The notes under the pieces: generated by a model | The model's input: only the letters and a program-made list of their open reading frames with translations | Database searches by the model: none | Told to the model about the DNA's origin: nothing | Program-made: the position numbers and the translations under genes | Shown: positions 20,009 through 30,184 of the stretch, in pieces | Layout of the letters: each line of letters starts with the position of its first letter | Position numbering within the stretch: the first letter of the stretch is position 1 | DNA from: Polyangiales bacterium | GTDB taxonomy: Bacteria > Myxococcota_A > Polyangia > Polyangiales > Ga0077539 | DNA: 64,000 bases | Reading direction: 5' to 3' | Assembly (NCBI GenBank): GCA_044229975.1 | Contig: JBGARZ010000020.1 | Span: 96,001-160,000 of the forward strand

Positions 20009-20673
20009 CCGCGCGCGATGACCACGACCCGCGGCTCACCGAGGCGATGGCGCTCTGGGCGGAGACGGCCGTGCCGGCGCTGCCCGACGACTTCACCGCA
20101 CGGGTGATGGCCGACGTGGCCGCGGCGCAGGCCGTGACGGCGTGGGCGGACGAGGCCGTGCCCGAGTTGTCCGACGACTTCACCGCGCGGGTGATGGCCG
20201 ACGTGGCGGTGGGGCGCGCGGTGGGCGCGTGGGAGGAGAGCGTCCCCGAACTGCCCGATGACTTCGCGGCGACGGTGGCGGCCAGGGCGGCGCGGCCGAA
20301 GCTCCAGGTGGTCGACGGCGGAGGCGGGAAGCCGGCCACGAAGACCGTCGAGGCGGCGCCGCGGTCGGGGCGGGGATGGCTGTGGCCGGTGGTGGCGGTG
20401 GCGGCCGCGGGGCTGCTGGCGCTGTGGACGTCGCGAACGCCCGCGCCCGGTGAGCACCACGACGTGGTGGCGCAACACATCAACGCCGATGTGCCGACGG
20501 TGACGCCGGTGGTGGAGCCGGTGCTGGTGGCGATGGCCGAGGTGACGCGGGTCGACGTGGTGGGGGTGCAGAGCGTCGCGGTGATGTCCGTCGCGGGGGA
20601 GGGCGGGGGCGTGGCCTCGCCGGTGGTGTGGATCACCGACAAGGACGAAGACGACGGGACGAGGATGCAATGA
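20005..20673 (+). CDS. Putative membrane anti-sigma factor with triplicated cytoplasmic motif
   Basis: GTGA overlap with the sigma gene, one TM helix and three copies of W-x3/4-VPxLxDDFxAxV. Confidence 0.7.
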   Translation: MTARDDHDPRLTEAMALWAETAVPALPDDFTARVMADVAAAQAVTAWADEAVPELSDDFTARVMADVAVGRAVGAWEESVPELPDDFAATVAARAARPKLQVVDGGGGKPATKTVEAAPRSGRGWLWPVVAVAAAGLLALWTSRTPAPGEHHDVVAQHINADVPTVTPVVEPVLVAMAEVTRVDVVGVQSVAVMSVAGEGGGVASPVVWITDKDEDDGTRMQ

Positions 20674-21158
20674 GGGCGCGGGCTTGGTGGGGCGTAGCGT
20701 TGGCGGTGGCGATGGTTCCGGCGGTGGGCGCGGCGGTGCCGCGGAGGCATCCATCGACGGTCGCGGGTGATCAGCGCGCGGCGCAGCAGCCCGCGGTGGG
20801 CACGCAGGTCGAGGTGCTGGTCATCGACGCGGGCCCAGGGACGGGGGGCATCGATCCGGGTCTCGCGCGGCTGTCGCAGCTGCGGCGGGCGCCGTTCAAC
20901 ATGTTCACGGCGATGCGGCTGGTGAGCCGGTCGACGCTCGCGCTCGGGACGACCCCGGCGCGGGCCGAGCTGCCCGACGGGTCAGCGACGGTGTCGCTCG
21001 TGTCGCGCGAAGGCGGGCGGTACACCTTCCAGGTGGCGCTGTCGCAGGGCTCGCGCGGCGGCAACATGACCTTCGTCGCCAGCGCCGGGGAGCCGGTGTT
21101 CACCGTGCGTTCCAATCGCGAAGGCCGGGCGATGATCCTCGGGTTCATCGTCCGCTGA
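20670..21158 (+). CDS. Secreted hypothetical protein of the ECF operon
   Basis: ATGA overlap and a signal peptide. Confidence 0.65.
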   Translation: MRARAWWGVALAVAMVPAVGAAVPRRHPSTVAGDQRAAQQPAVGTQVEVLVIDAGPGTGGIDPGLARLSQLRRAPFNMFTAMRLVSRSTLALGTTPARAELPDGSATVSLVSREGGRYTFQVALSQGSRGGNMTFVASAGEPVFTVRSNREGRAMILGFIVR

Positions 21159-21170
21159 GGGAGCGGCGCG

Positions 21171-22835
21171 CTACCCGTTCATCGAGAAGCCCGCCCGTCG
21201 CGCCAGCATCAACATCCGCGCGTGCTCCGGCACCTTCCCGAAGAACTCCTCCCGCGCCGCCGACCGCAGCCGCGCCGCCCGCGCCAAAAGCCGCGCCCAC
21301 GCCCACGCCAGCGCCGCGTCGGCCCGCGCGTCGTCGCCGCCCGCCCGCAGCGCCTCGGTGTACGCCACGCCCAGCAGCGCCTCGCCCTCCTCCACCGCAC
21401 CCACCGCACCCAGCACCCGAACGCCCTCCTCCGCGGCCTCCAGCGCCTCCATCCGGTGACCGCCGCGCAGCATCGCCGTCGCCCGTATCGCCAGCCCCAG
21501 CACCCGCGCTCCCGGCTGTCCCTCCAGCGCCGGTAGCGCCTGCGCCACCGCGGTCAGCGAGCCCGGTCCGTCGCCCGCCGCCAGCAGCACCCGACCGAGG
21601 TACAGCCGCGCCATCGCCGCGAGCTGCGCGTCGCCCTGCGCCTCCGCCTCGTGGATCACCGCCCGCTCCGTCGCGATCGCCTCCGCGTGCCGACCGAGGA
21701 GCATCAGCGCCAGTCCGCGGTTGTGACGCGCCGCCGTCGCGATGCGCCCGAGGTCGCGCGTCGCAGCCTCATCAATCACCCCTTGCAGGGCACGCAGCGC
21801 CGACTCGCCGTCGCCCAGGGAGATGTGGGCGAAGCCGACGTTGTTCCAGTGGAGCAGGGCGAAGCGGGGCTCGCTCAGGGACTCGTACGAGCGCGCCGCG
21901 CGGCTGCTCTCCTCCAGGTAGCCCACCGGGTCGTTGCCGTAGAGCGCCCGTAGCGCACGCGCCGCGTACACCCGCGACGGGTATGTCGGCTCCGGGTGCT
22001 CACCCGACGCCAGGATCTCCTCCAGCCGCGCGATCACCACCTCCGCCAGCGCGTGCTGACCCGTCTGCAACAGCGGAAACACCGCCAGGGCCAACGCCCC
22101 CGCCGCGATGCCCGGGTCGCGACGTTCGAGCGCGCGGCGGATGGCCGGGCCCAGCTCGCGAAACGGATCAGGCAAGAGCCGCCGCACTGCCAGCACCGCC
22201 AGCGACGAGGCCGCGCGGTACCACTCCATTCCCCCTTCGGGGGCGATGCGCCACGCTTCGCGGGCGCTGCGTTCGGCCTCCTCGATGGCGCCGCGCGCGT
22301 CGTGAACGCCCGTCTCGATCATCCGCATCGACGCCTCGGTGGTGGCGTCGACCCCGAGCGTCACCGCATGCGCCGCCCACGTGAGCGCCGCGTCGTAGCG
22401 ACCCTCTCGCAGCGAGCGGCGAGCGGCATCCGCGCACCACGGTCCGGCGGGTGCGGGTTCGTCGGTGGCCAATGGTGGTGGCGGTGTGATGGAGGCGCCG
22501 CGCTCGCGCTCCTCCTGAAACCACGCGGCGGCCTGGCCGTGCGCTCGCGCCCGCTCGGTGGGCGGCAGCACGGCCTCGATGGACGCAGCGGTGTCCGGGT
22601 CGGTGAAGGACCAGGTGTCTCGGCCCGCCGTCGAGCGCATCAGAACGCCATCGGTCGCAAGGCGTTGCAGGGCGGCGTCGACCGACGGCGCGTCGACGTC
22701 ACGAACGGCGGCGCGCAGGCCCTCGGCGGGGAAGGTGGTTCCGAAGACGCTCGCGGCGCAGAGCACGCGCGCGGCGTCGGGGCCGAGGGAGTTGAGCCAG
22801 GCGGTGATGTCGCCGGGGGTGATGGAAGGGCGCAT
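21171..22835 (-). CDS. TPR-like repeat protein resembling the C-terminal half of myxobacterial kinase-ATPases
   Basis: VLCAASVFG, NNVGFAH/HNRGLAL repeats and FFGKVPEHAR tail. Confidence 0.7.
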   Translation of the reverse strand: MRPSITPGDITAWLNSLGPDAARVLCAASVFGTTFPAEGLRAAVRDVDAPSVDAALQRLATDGVLMRSTAGRDTWSFTDPDTAASIEAVLPPTERARAHGQAAAWFQEERERGASITPPPPLATDEPAPAGPWCADAARRSLREGRYDAALTWAAHAVTLGVDATTEASMRMIETGVHDARGAIEEAERSAREAWRIAPEGGMEWYRAASSLAVLAVRRLLPDPFRELGPAIRRALERRDPGIAAGALALAVFPLLQTGQHALAEVVIARLEEILASGEHPEPTYPSRVYAARALRALYGNDPVGYLEESSRAARSYESLSEPRFALLHWNNVGFAHISLGDGESALRALQGVIDEAATRDLGRIATAARHNRGLALMLLGRHAEAIATERAVIHEAEAQGDAQLAAMARLYLGRVLLAAGDGPGSLTAVAQALPALEGQPGARVLGLAIRATAMLRGGHRMEALEAAEEGVRVLGAVGAVEEGEALLGVAYTEALRAGGDDARADAALAWAWARLLARAARLRSAAREEFFGKVPEHARMLMLARRAGFSMNG

Positions 22836-22960
22836 GGAGGAAGAGCCGCGGCAGTCTACGCGGCTCGCGCGCCGGAGCGACGGTTCGTTGTTGGGCGCGC
22901 GTTGACGAAGGCGCCCGGCGCCTTCACACAGTGGACCCGCACAGGAGTAGACGAACCCCC

Positions 22961-23413
22961 ATGAGCAACGACCGATCGGCTTCCGGCTACGACGTGGCGC
23001 GCCTCCCCCCGGCGACCATCGAGACACTGGCCCAGACGCTCACGCCCGAAGAGCGCCGCATCGTGCTGGCGCAAGGCACCGAGCGGGCCTTCTGCGGCAC
23101 GCTGCTCGATAACAAGAAGAACGGCACTTACGTCTGCCGCCTGTGCGCGCTGCCGCTGTTCAAGTCGACGGCGAAGTTCAACTCGGGCACCGGGTGGCCG
23201 AGCTTCTTCGAGCCGTACGACCCGAAGCACATCGAGGAGATCACCGACGAGAGCCACGGCATGGTGCGCGTCGAGATCCGCTGCCAGCGCTGCGGCGGCC
23301 ACCTCGGGCACGTCTTCCCGGATGGGCCGCGGCCGACGGGGCTGCGCTACTGCCTCAACTCGGCGTCGCTGGAGTTCGCCGAGGACGGTTATCCCCTCCC
23401 GCAGAAGGTGTGA
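22961..23413 (+). CDS. msrB: Peptide-methionine (R)-S-oxide reductase
   Basis: GTERAF, KFNSGTGWPSF, HLGHVFPDGP and RYCLNS. Confidence 0.97.
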   Translation: MSNDRSASGYDVARLPPATIETLAQTLTPEERRIVLAQGTERAFCGTLLDNKKNGTYVCRLCALPLFKSTAKFNSGTGWPSFFEPYDPKHIEEITDESHGMVRVEIRCQRCGGHLGHVFPDGPRPTGLRYCLNSASLEFAEDGYPLPQKV

Positions 23414-23660
23414 GCTTGCGGGTCGGAGTTCGCGGGACCCCATCGCAGGTGCGTGCAGTCGCTCACTCCGGGCTATTTCACGCGGTCACCTCGCTGCGCG
23501 AGGTTGCAGGGGCTCGCGACTGACGATGAGCGAGTCGATGGCTTGTTCGTTGAGACCAGTGCTGCAACCTCGCGCAGCGAGGTGACCGCGTGAAATAGCC
23601 CGGAGTGAGCGACTGCACGCACCTGCGATGGGGTCCCGCGAACTCCGGCCCGCAAGCTTA
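23411..23660. repeat. Long inverted repeat (99-bp arms, 52-bp spacer), MITE/REP-like
   Basis: 23411-23509 is the reverse complement of 23562-23660 with 2 mismatches. Confidence 0.92.
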
Positions 23661-24500
23661 CCCCGCCGTCCACGCCTCGCTCTTCTCCCACAGGGTCTTC
23701 GCCAGCGCGGCGTCGTCGCCCAGCTTCGCGGGCGTCTTCTCGCGGCACTTGTCGTAGTAGCGCCCGTCGTGGTCGGCGACCTCCGGCGACGTGGCGCACC
23801 AGAGCTGCGTCCGCGCCCCCTCCTCGTTCGTCAACATGAACAACTTCATCAGGTGCCGAACCCCCCACGGCACCTCGCGCCACACGTCCGTCGCGACCCC
23901 GCCCGGGTGCAGCGAGTACGAGCGCACGCCATCGCCCGCCTTCCCCCGCGCGAGCTCCTTGGTGAAGAGCACGTTGCACAGCTTGCTCACGCAGTACTCG
24001 GGGAAGCCCGTGGTCGTCGCGGTGGGCTTGCGCTGCGCGTCCCAGTCGATGCCCGGCGCGCGGTAGTGCCCCTGGCTCGACACGTTGACGATGCGCGCGG
24101 GCTTCGACTCCCGCAGCCGCGGCAACAGCAGCGTCGTGAACAGAAACGGCCCCAGGTGGTTGGTGCCAAACGTGATCTCGAAGCCCTGCTTCGTGAGCCC
24201 GTGCGCGCCCGCGAGGCCGGCGTTGTTCATGAGCACGTGCAGGGGTTCGCTCGTCGCCAGAAACCTCTCGGCCGCCGCGCGCACCGAGTCGAGGTCGGCC
24301 AGGTCGAGGTGCAGAAACTCCGCGTCGCCGCCCGTCGCGCGGATGGCCTCGATCACCGGCCGCGTCTTCTCCTCCGAGCGACACGCGAGGTGCACCCGCG
24401 CGCCGCGGCGGGCGAGCTCTTCGGCGCTCACCCGGCCGATGCCCGTGTTGGCGCCTGTCACGATCATGGTCTTGCCCGCGAGGTCCCTCGTGCTGCTCAT
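23658..24500 (-). CDS. SDR oxidoreductase (retinol dehydrogenase-like)
   Basis: TGANTGIG, NNAG, NHLGPF and YCVSK. Confidence 0.95.
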   Translation of the reverse strand: MSSTRDLAGKTMIVTGANTGIGRVSAEELARRGARVHLACRSEEKTRPVIEAIRATGGDAEFLHLDLADLDSVRAAAERFLATSEPLHVLMNNAGLAGAHGLTKQGFEITFGTNHLGPFLFTTLLLPRLRESKPARIVNVSSQGHYRAPGIDWDAQRKPTATTTGFPEYCVSKLCNVLFTKELARGKAGDGVRSYSLHPGGVATDVWREVPWGVRHLMKLFMLTNEEGARTQLWCATSPEVADHDGRYYDKCREKTPAKLGDDAALAKTLWEKSEAWTAG

Positions 24501-24593
24501 GGCAGGCGCGACGCTACCACGGCCGTAGCAGCGCAACGCCCGATGGGCGGAGCGTCCCTTGTGCGTCGCGACGCACGCGGTATCGATTGATCC

Positions 24594-25743
24594 ATGAACC
24601 GATGGGTGTGGTTGGGGCTCCCGGCGGTCTGCGGGCTCGCGTGTACCGGTGATGGCGGCGGCAGCGGGCGTTGCCGGTTTCAGAGCATCGTCCAGTAGCG
24701 GGGGGCTGTGCACCCTTACGCTCAACTGCGGCGGCGGGTCCGTCGGCCTCTCGTGCGATGACACCGACTGCGTGTGCGTCGACGACGGCCGCGGGGGGAC
24801 GCGCTTCGACATCGCCGGTGCCTGCGGCATGTCCACCGAGACGTTGACGTCGGTCTACGAGGCCCGCTGCGCGCCGGCGGTCGTGGACGCGGGGGCAGGG
24901 GCCGACGCGGGACCGCACGATGGTGGAGCCCCGGATGTTCCGCCCGTCGTGACGCCGTGCGTGAGCTCCGGGGCGGTCGACCTCCTCTTCGTGATCGACA
25001 ACTCCAGCTCCATGGCGGCCAACCAGGCCACCCTGGCGCGCAGCATCTCGGGCCTCTTCAACGGGCTCGTGAACCCGATCTCCGCCCGTCACCAGCCTGC
25101 ACGTCGGCATCATCTCGACCGACCTCGGAACACCCGGCGCCACCATTCCGTCGTGCGCCAACAGCGACGTCGGCGACGACGGGTTTCTCAACCCCATCCG
25201 CAACGGCGCCGCGATTCGCGCCCATCAGCCGTGGGCCACGGCTCCTTCGGGGACGCGCCCCTCCCGCTGCCAGTCCGACCCGACGCAGTACCCGAAGCTT
25301 CCTTCACGTCGGTCAAGCCGGGGCGGCCGGGCAACGTGGTGTTCGCGGCGCTCGCAGGCGTGCCCATCCAGTTTCCGCAGACGGGGAGCGGCGACGTCGA
25401 CTGGGAAGCGCTGCTCGGGAGCAACCCCGACGGCTCGGACGGCTACACCGGGATGTCGCCCGAAGGCCCCGTCTCCATGCGGCAGCGCAACATGGACCCG
25501 AGCTGCTCGACGCGGGTGGTTCCCGCCTGCCGCCACGAGGGGAGCTCGTACGACCCGATGCGCCCGCCGTGCAGCACCGACCAGCAGTACTTCGCGCTGC
25601 CGTCGCGGCGCGTCGCCGAGGTCGCCCGCCGCTTCGCGGCCACCTACCAGACCGGAACGGTGAGCTCCATCTGCCGCAACGACTACGGTCAGGCCCTGGA
25701 CGGGGTCGAGCGCCTCATCGGGTCGCGCCTCTGCGCGCGGTAA
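24594..25743 (+). pseudogene. Frameshifted/deleted myxobacterial vWA-like lipoprotein gene
   Basis: The signal/lipobox (MNRW...GLAC), DLLFVIDNSSSM, PPVTSLHVGIISTDLG (from 25082) and the C-terminal SSIC motif lie in different reading frames. Confidence 0.7.
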
Positions 25744-25821
25744 CTGAGCCGCGGTCGCCGTCGTCGCTCTCCCGATAGTTTCCATCCCCCTCGCTGAACC
25801 CCGTCGGTATCGTCACCGTCC

Positions 25822-27801
25822 ATGGCGCCACCGCTCGACCTCCTGGCCAAGAGCCCGATCTTCTCCGTCTTCACGGGCCCCCAGCTCGAACGCTTCGTCA
25901 ACCACTTCACCCGCGTCGACGTCGCGCCCAACACCGAGATCATCCGCCAGGGCGACCCCTCCGACGCCCTCTACCTCATCGAGTCCGGCGCCGTCGGCGT
26001 GCACCTCCGCAACCCCGCGCACTCCGTCCCCACCATGGTCACGGTGCTCGAAGCCCCTGAGGTCTTCGGCGAGGCCGGGGTGCTCACCAAGCAGCCGCGC
26101 AGCGCCACCTGCATCGCCCTCGAATCCACCGTCGTGCACCGCCTCTCGTCCGAGGTCGCGCGCTCCATCGCCGAGCAGATGACCCTCTTCTCCTTCGCGC
26201 TCGCGCGCCTCGTCGCCGACCGCATGCAGCGCAGCAGCGTCGAGCGCGACGTTGCCTGGGTCAGCCTCGCGGGCCGTCGCTTCGACGCGCGGCTGTGGTC
26301 CATCGCGCCCGACACCACGCTGCGCCGCGGCCGCATGATCCCGCTCGACCTGTCGGGCAACACGCTCACCGTCGGCATGGTCGACCCGCACGACGCCGTC
26401 GCCCGCGACTCGCTCGTCCGCGCCGTCCCCGACCTCCGCCTCAAGGTCGTCGCCGTCAACCTCGACGACTGGCAGCGCCTCGTCGAGCCCACCGCCGCCA
26501 CCTCGCGCTCGGGCCGCTCGTCGCTCCCGCCCGAACCGCCCGCCACCATCTCGTACCTCGAAGACGACGAGACCCGCGCGTCGCGCATCCCGCCCGCCAA
26601 CGCCACCAACTCCACCGGGCCGCAGATCGTCTCGCTCGTCGACGAGATCATCGCCAAGGGCCTCACCCTCAACGCCTCGGACATCCACGTCGAACACGAC
26701 CGCCGCGGCCTGCTCGTGCGCTACCGCGTCGACGGCGCGCTCCAGAGCAGTGGCGGCTTTCTCCCCGGCGAGTACGGCAAGGCCGTGGTGAGCCGCATGA
26801 AGCTCCTCGCGCGCCTCGACATCACCGAGACCCGCAAGCCCCAGGACGGACGCATCTCGCTGCGCGTCGGCGCCCGCATGGTCGACCTGCGCCTCTCCAC
26901 CATGCCCGCCAAGCTCGGCGAGAAGATCGTGCTCCGCATCCTCGACGCCGAGGCCAACATCACCGACCTGAAGACGTTGTTTCCCGTCGAGCGGATGCTC
27001 CAGGTCTTCACGCAGGTCATCGGTCGCCCGCAGGGTCTCGTGCTGGTGTCGGGGCCCACCGGGTCGGGCAAGACCACGACGCTGTACAGCGCGCTGCACG
27101 CCCGCCGCCGCCCCGAGCTCAACGTCGTCACGGTCGAAGACCCCATCGAGTACCACCTCGACGGCGTCACGCAGGTGCAGGTGCAGCACGACATCGGCGT
27201 CACCTTCGCCACCGTGCTCCGAACCCTGCTGCGGCAGGACCCCAACGTCATCATGGTGGGGGAGACCCGCGACACCGAGACGGCGCGCATGGCCGTCGAG
27301 GCGTCCATGACGGGTCACCTCGTGCTGACGTCGGTGCACACCAACGGCGCGCTCGAAGCCGTCGGGCGCCTCGTCGACCTCGGCATCGAGCCCTACGCCA
27401 TCGCCAACGGGCTCATCGGCGTGCTGCACCAGCGGCTCGTGCGACGCATCTGCGCGGCCTGCGCGGAGCCCTTCGAGTACCCGCCGCAGACCGTCGAGGC
27501 GCTGCACCGCGTCGGCGCGCTGCTGCCCAACGAAAACCCCGTGCTGCGCCGCGGCCGCGGCTGCACCACCTGCGCGAGCACCGGCTTCAAGGGCCGCATC
27601 GCCCTCTACGAGATGGTCGTCGTCAACGAGGCCATGCGCGAGGCCATCACCAACACCAGCGACACCGCGACCCTGCGCGCCGCGGCGCGTGCGAGCGGCG
27701 CCATCATCGAGATGCCGCGCTACGCGGGTGTGCTCGTAGCCGCCGGGCTGACGGCACCCGGCGAGGTGCTGCACCTGCTCCAGCGAGCGACCGGAGCGTA
27801 G
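25822..27801 (+). CDS. GspE/PilB-family secretion ATPase with N-terminal cyclic-nucleotide-binding domain
   Basis: IIRQGD...FGEAG...PRSATC (cNMP domain), ASDIHVE, GPTGSGKTT, LRQDPNVIMVGE and two CxxC motifs. Confidence 0.92.
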   Translation: MAPPLDLLAKSPIFSVFTGPQLERFVNHFTRVDVAPNTEIIRQGDPSDALYLIESGAVGVHLRNPAHSVPTMVTVLEAPEVFGEAGVLTKQPRSATCIALESTVVHRLSSEVARSIAEQMTLFSFALARLVADRMQRSSVERDVAWVSLAGRRFDARLWSIAPDTTLRRGRMIPLDLSGNTLTVGMVDPHDAVARDSLVRAVPDLRLKVVAVNLDDWQRLVEPTAATSRSGRSSLPPEPPATISYLEDDETRASRIPPANATNSTGPQIVSLVDEIIAKGLTLNASDIHVEHDRRGLLVRYRVDGALQSSGGFLPGEYGKAVVSRMKLLARLDITETRKPQDGRISLRVGARMVDLRLSTMPAKLGEKIVLRILDAEANITDLKTLFPVERMLQVFTQVIGRPQGLVLVSGPTGSGKTTTLYSALHARRRPELNVVTVEDPIEYHLDGVTQVQVQHDIGVTFATVLRTLLRQDPNVIMVGETRDTETARMAVEASMTGHLVLTSVHTNGALEAVGRLVDLGIEPYAIANGLIGVLHQRLVRRICAACAEPFEYPPQTVEALHRVGALLPNENPVLRRGRGCTTCASTGFKGRIALYEMVVVNEAMREAITNTSDTATLRAAARASGAIIEMPRYAGVLVAAGLTAPGEVLHLLQRATGA

Positions 27802-27836
27802 GCAGGCTTCTCCCGCGGGCTCAACGCGTCCGACCT

Positions 27837-27910
27837 GCTGGCCCAACGGGTTTCTCCCGCTGGCCCAACGGGTTTCTCCCGCTGGCCCAACGGGTTTCTC
27901 CCGCTGGCCC
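27837..27910 (+). repeat. Intergenic 22-bp tandem repeat, about 3.4 copies
   Basis: GCTGGCCCAACGGGTTTCTCCC three times plus GCTGGCCC, with a degenerate copy at about 27805-27829. Confidence 0.9.
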
Positions 27911-28122
27911 TCCGGGATCGATCCACGAGGTCGCTGGACTCGACGCGCTGACCTCCCGCGACCCACCTGTCGGGGCGCCGAAGAAAAATCGCGACGACGC
28001 GAAACAACCCCCTGACCCGCTCCCGACAAGAGCGCGCCAGTCACGAACGTCTCCATCACCGCCCCGACGTTTCGGAGCGGAGAGACGTCCGTCGACCCAC
28101 TGGCGCCAGACGGGGTTTCGCC

Positions 28123-28641
28123 ATGAAGAAGTCCATTGTTCCTATGTATTTCGCCGACCTCTCGGACGCGTCGTTCGAGGAGGCCACCGCGCGCATCGCC
28201 AGCGCGCTCACCCTCGCCGAGGGGTCCCTCACGGGCCTCCAGGTGCTCTTGACCAGCGAGCGCGGCAGCATCGACACCGTCGTCCGCGACGGCGAGCGCG
28301 AGGCCATCCTCGCGGTGCTCGGTGCTGCCGAGGCCGCCCCCACGGTCGTCGTCCCGCTGGGCGACCGCTTCTCCCCCGCGCGCCTCCGCACCCTCCTCGA
28401 TCGCCGCGAGGCCCTGCTCGCGCTCGCCGCCCGCGCCGAGGCCGTCGCCCTGCGCTTCGCCGACTCCGCCCGCGTCACCGCGCGCACCGTGAAGTCGGCG
28501 ACCTCCGACGCCTACGAGCTGCTCAAGCCCGTCACCCAGTACGACCCCGAGGTCGCCAGCCGCCTCGCCCCCGCCATCGACTTCTACGCCAGCGTCTCGC
28601 GGCGCTCGAAGCCCGTGACGCCGGTCGATCCGGTCGGCTGA
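28123..28641 (+). CDS. Hypothetical helical protein
   Basis: ATG ORF with strong GC3 bias and no recognised motif. Confidence 0.7.
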   Translation: MKKSIVPMYFADLSDASFEEATARIASALTLAEGSLTGLQVLLTSERGSIDTVVRDGEREAILAVLGAAEAAPTVVVPLGDRFSPARLRTLLDRREALLALAARAEAVALRFADSARVTARTVKSATSDAYELLKPVTQYDPEVASRLAPAIDFYASVSRRSKPVTPVDPVG

Positions 28642-28672
28642 CGCTCCGCCCCCTCCCTCCGCCTCCCTTGAC

Positions 28673-30184
28673 GTGACGGCCCGGCTGCCCAAGCCAGCGA
28701 CGACGTCAGGACGCACTCCGGAGACCCCTTTGATCGGCCCGCCCCGCTCCATCCGTCGCCGACTCATCCTCGGGAGCCTGGTCATCCTCGGCCTCCCGCT
28801 GCTGATCTTCTTGAGCGCGACCAGCTCGCTGCTCTGGCGCTTCTACCTGCAACAGATGGAGACCAACCTCGCGTCGCAGGCGCAGCTCCTGGCCGACACC
28901 GTCGCCCCCTCGCTCGCCGATCCGTCGTCCGAGGCCGTGCGCCCGGAGACCGTCGCCCAGCGGTGGCGTCACCAGTCCATCTCGCGGGTCACCATCGCCG
29001 ACGCGCGCGGCGTCGTGCGGGCCTCCTCCTCAAACGAGGGCGTCGGCGCGCCCATCAACGACACGCGTCGCCCGGGGATGAAGGCCGCGCTCGCGGGGCG
29101 CAGCAACGCGACGGTCTGGCGCTCGCCCAACTTCGCCTACGAAGACACCATGTACGTCAACGTGCCGGTCTGGCACGACGGGCAGATCGCCGGGGTGGTG
29201 CGCGTCGCCCACACGCTCACGATGATCCAGCACAGCGCGGCGCGCGTGCGCTCGGCGCTGCTGGTGGCCGTGCTGCTCTACGCGCTCGTCATCGGGGTGC
29301 TCACCGTCGCCTTCTCCGCGACCATCGTGCGCCCCGTAGAACAGCTCCAGCGCGACGCCCGGCGCATCGCCGCGGGCGACCTCGCCCACCGGCTCGCGCT
29401 CGCCGGGCCCGACGAGATCTCGCAGCTCTCCGCGATGCTCAACCACATGACCTCGCGGCTGGAGGTGCTCGAAGGGCTGCGCCGCCGCTACGTGTCCGAC
29501 GTCTCGCACGAGCTCCGCACGCCCCTCACGGCGATTCGCAGCATGGCCGAGACCATCCTCCAGTACGGCGACAGCGACCCCGAGCTGCGGCGGCGCTACC
29601 TCCCGCGCATCCTCACGCAGACCGACCGCCTCGCCCGCATGGTCACGCAGGTGCTCGACCTCGCGCAGATCGAGCGCGGCAGCTACGCCCCGGCGCTCAC
29701 CCCGCTGCCGCTCGTCGAGGTGCTGGAGGAGGTGTCGCTCACCAACGCGGCGCGCGCCCGCGAGCTCGGCGTCGCGCTGGAGGTGAGCGTGTCCGACCGC
29801 GCGCTCTCCGTCCGCGGCGACCGCGACCGGTTGATCCAGGTGTTCATGAACCTCGTCGACAACGCCCTGCGCCACACGCCGAAGGACGGCGCGGTGACGC
29901 TCGCAGCAATCGCGACGCGGGGTAGGGTGGAGGTGACGGTGACGGACACGGGGCAGGGCGTCTCGGCCGAGCACCTGCCGCACCTCTTCGAGCGCTTCTA
30001 CCGGGTGGAGACGGCGCGCTCGCCGCTCGCCGGTGGGACGGGGCTCGGCCTCGCGATCGTGCGGCAGATCGTGGAGGCGCACGGCGGGCACATCCGCGTG
30101 ACGAGCACGCCGGGCAAGGGCACGCGCTTTCTCATCGAGCTGCCGGCGGCCGACCCGCCGCGCGCGACCGGAGACGAACCATGA
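28673..30184 (+). CDS. Sensor histidine kinase (HAMP, HisKA, HATPase)
   Basis: Two TM helices, SHELRTPL, NLVDNA, DTGQG and GTGLGL. Confidence 0.95.
   Translation: MTARLPKPATTSGRTPETPLIGPPRSIRRRLILGSLVILGLPLLIFLSATSSLLWRFYLQQMETNLASQAQLLADTVAPSLADPSSEAVRPETVAQRWRHQSISRVTIADARGVVRASSSNEGVGAPINDTRRPGMKAALAGRSNATVWRSPNFAYEDTMYVNVPVWHDGQIAGVVRVAHTLTMIQHSAARVRSALLVAVLLYALVIGVLTVAFSATIVRPVEQLQRDARRIAAGDLAHRLALAGPDEISQLSAMLNHMTSRLEVLEGLRRRYVSDVSHELRTPLTAIRSMAETILQYGDSDPELRRRYLPRILTQTDRLARMVTQVLDLAQIERGSYAPALTPLPLVEVLEEVSLTNAARARELGVALEVSVSDRALSVRGDRDRLIQVFMNLVDNALRHTPKDGAVTLAAIATRGRVEVTVTDTGQGVSAEHLPHLFERFYRVETARSPLAGGTGLGLAIVRQIVEAHGGHIRVTSTPGKGTRFLIELPAADPPRATGDEP

Noticed and set aside
27837..27910. 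Possible CRISPR array
   Set aside because: The repeats are contiguous with no spacers, and no cas genes are present.
25813..28785. Long antisense ORFs (990 aa here; also 35073-37391, 61190-63517 and 44977-46896)
   Set aside because: Shadow ORFs opposite well-supported genes, expected in high-GC DNA.
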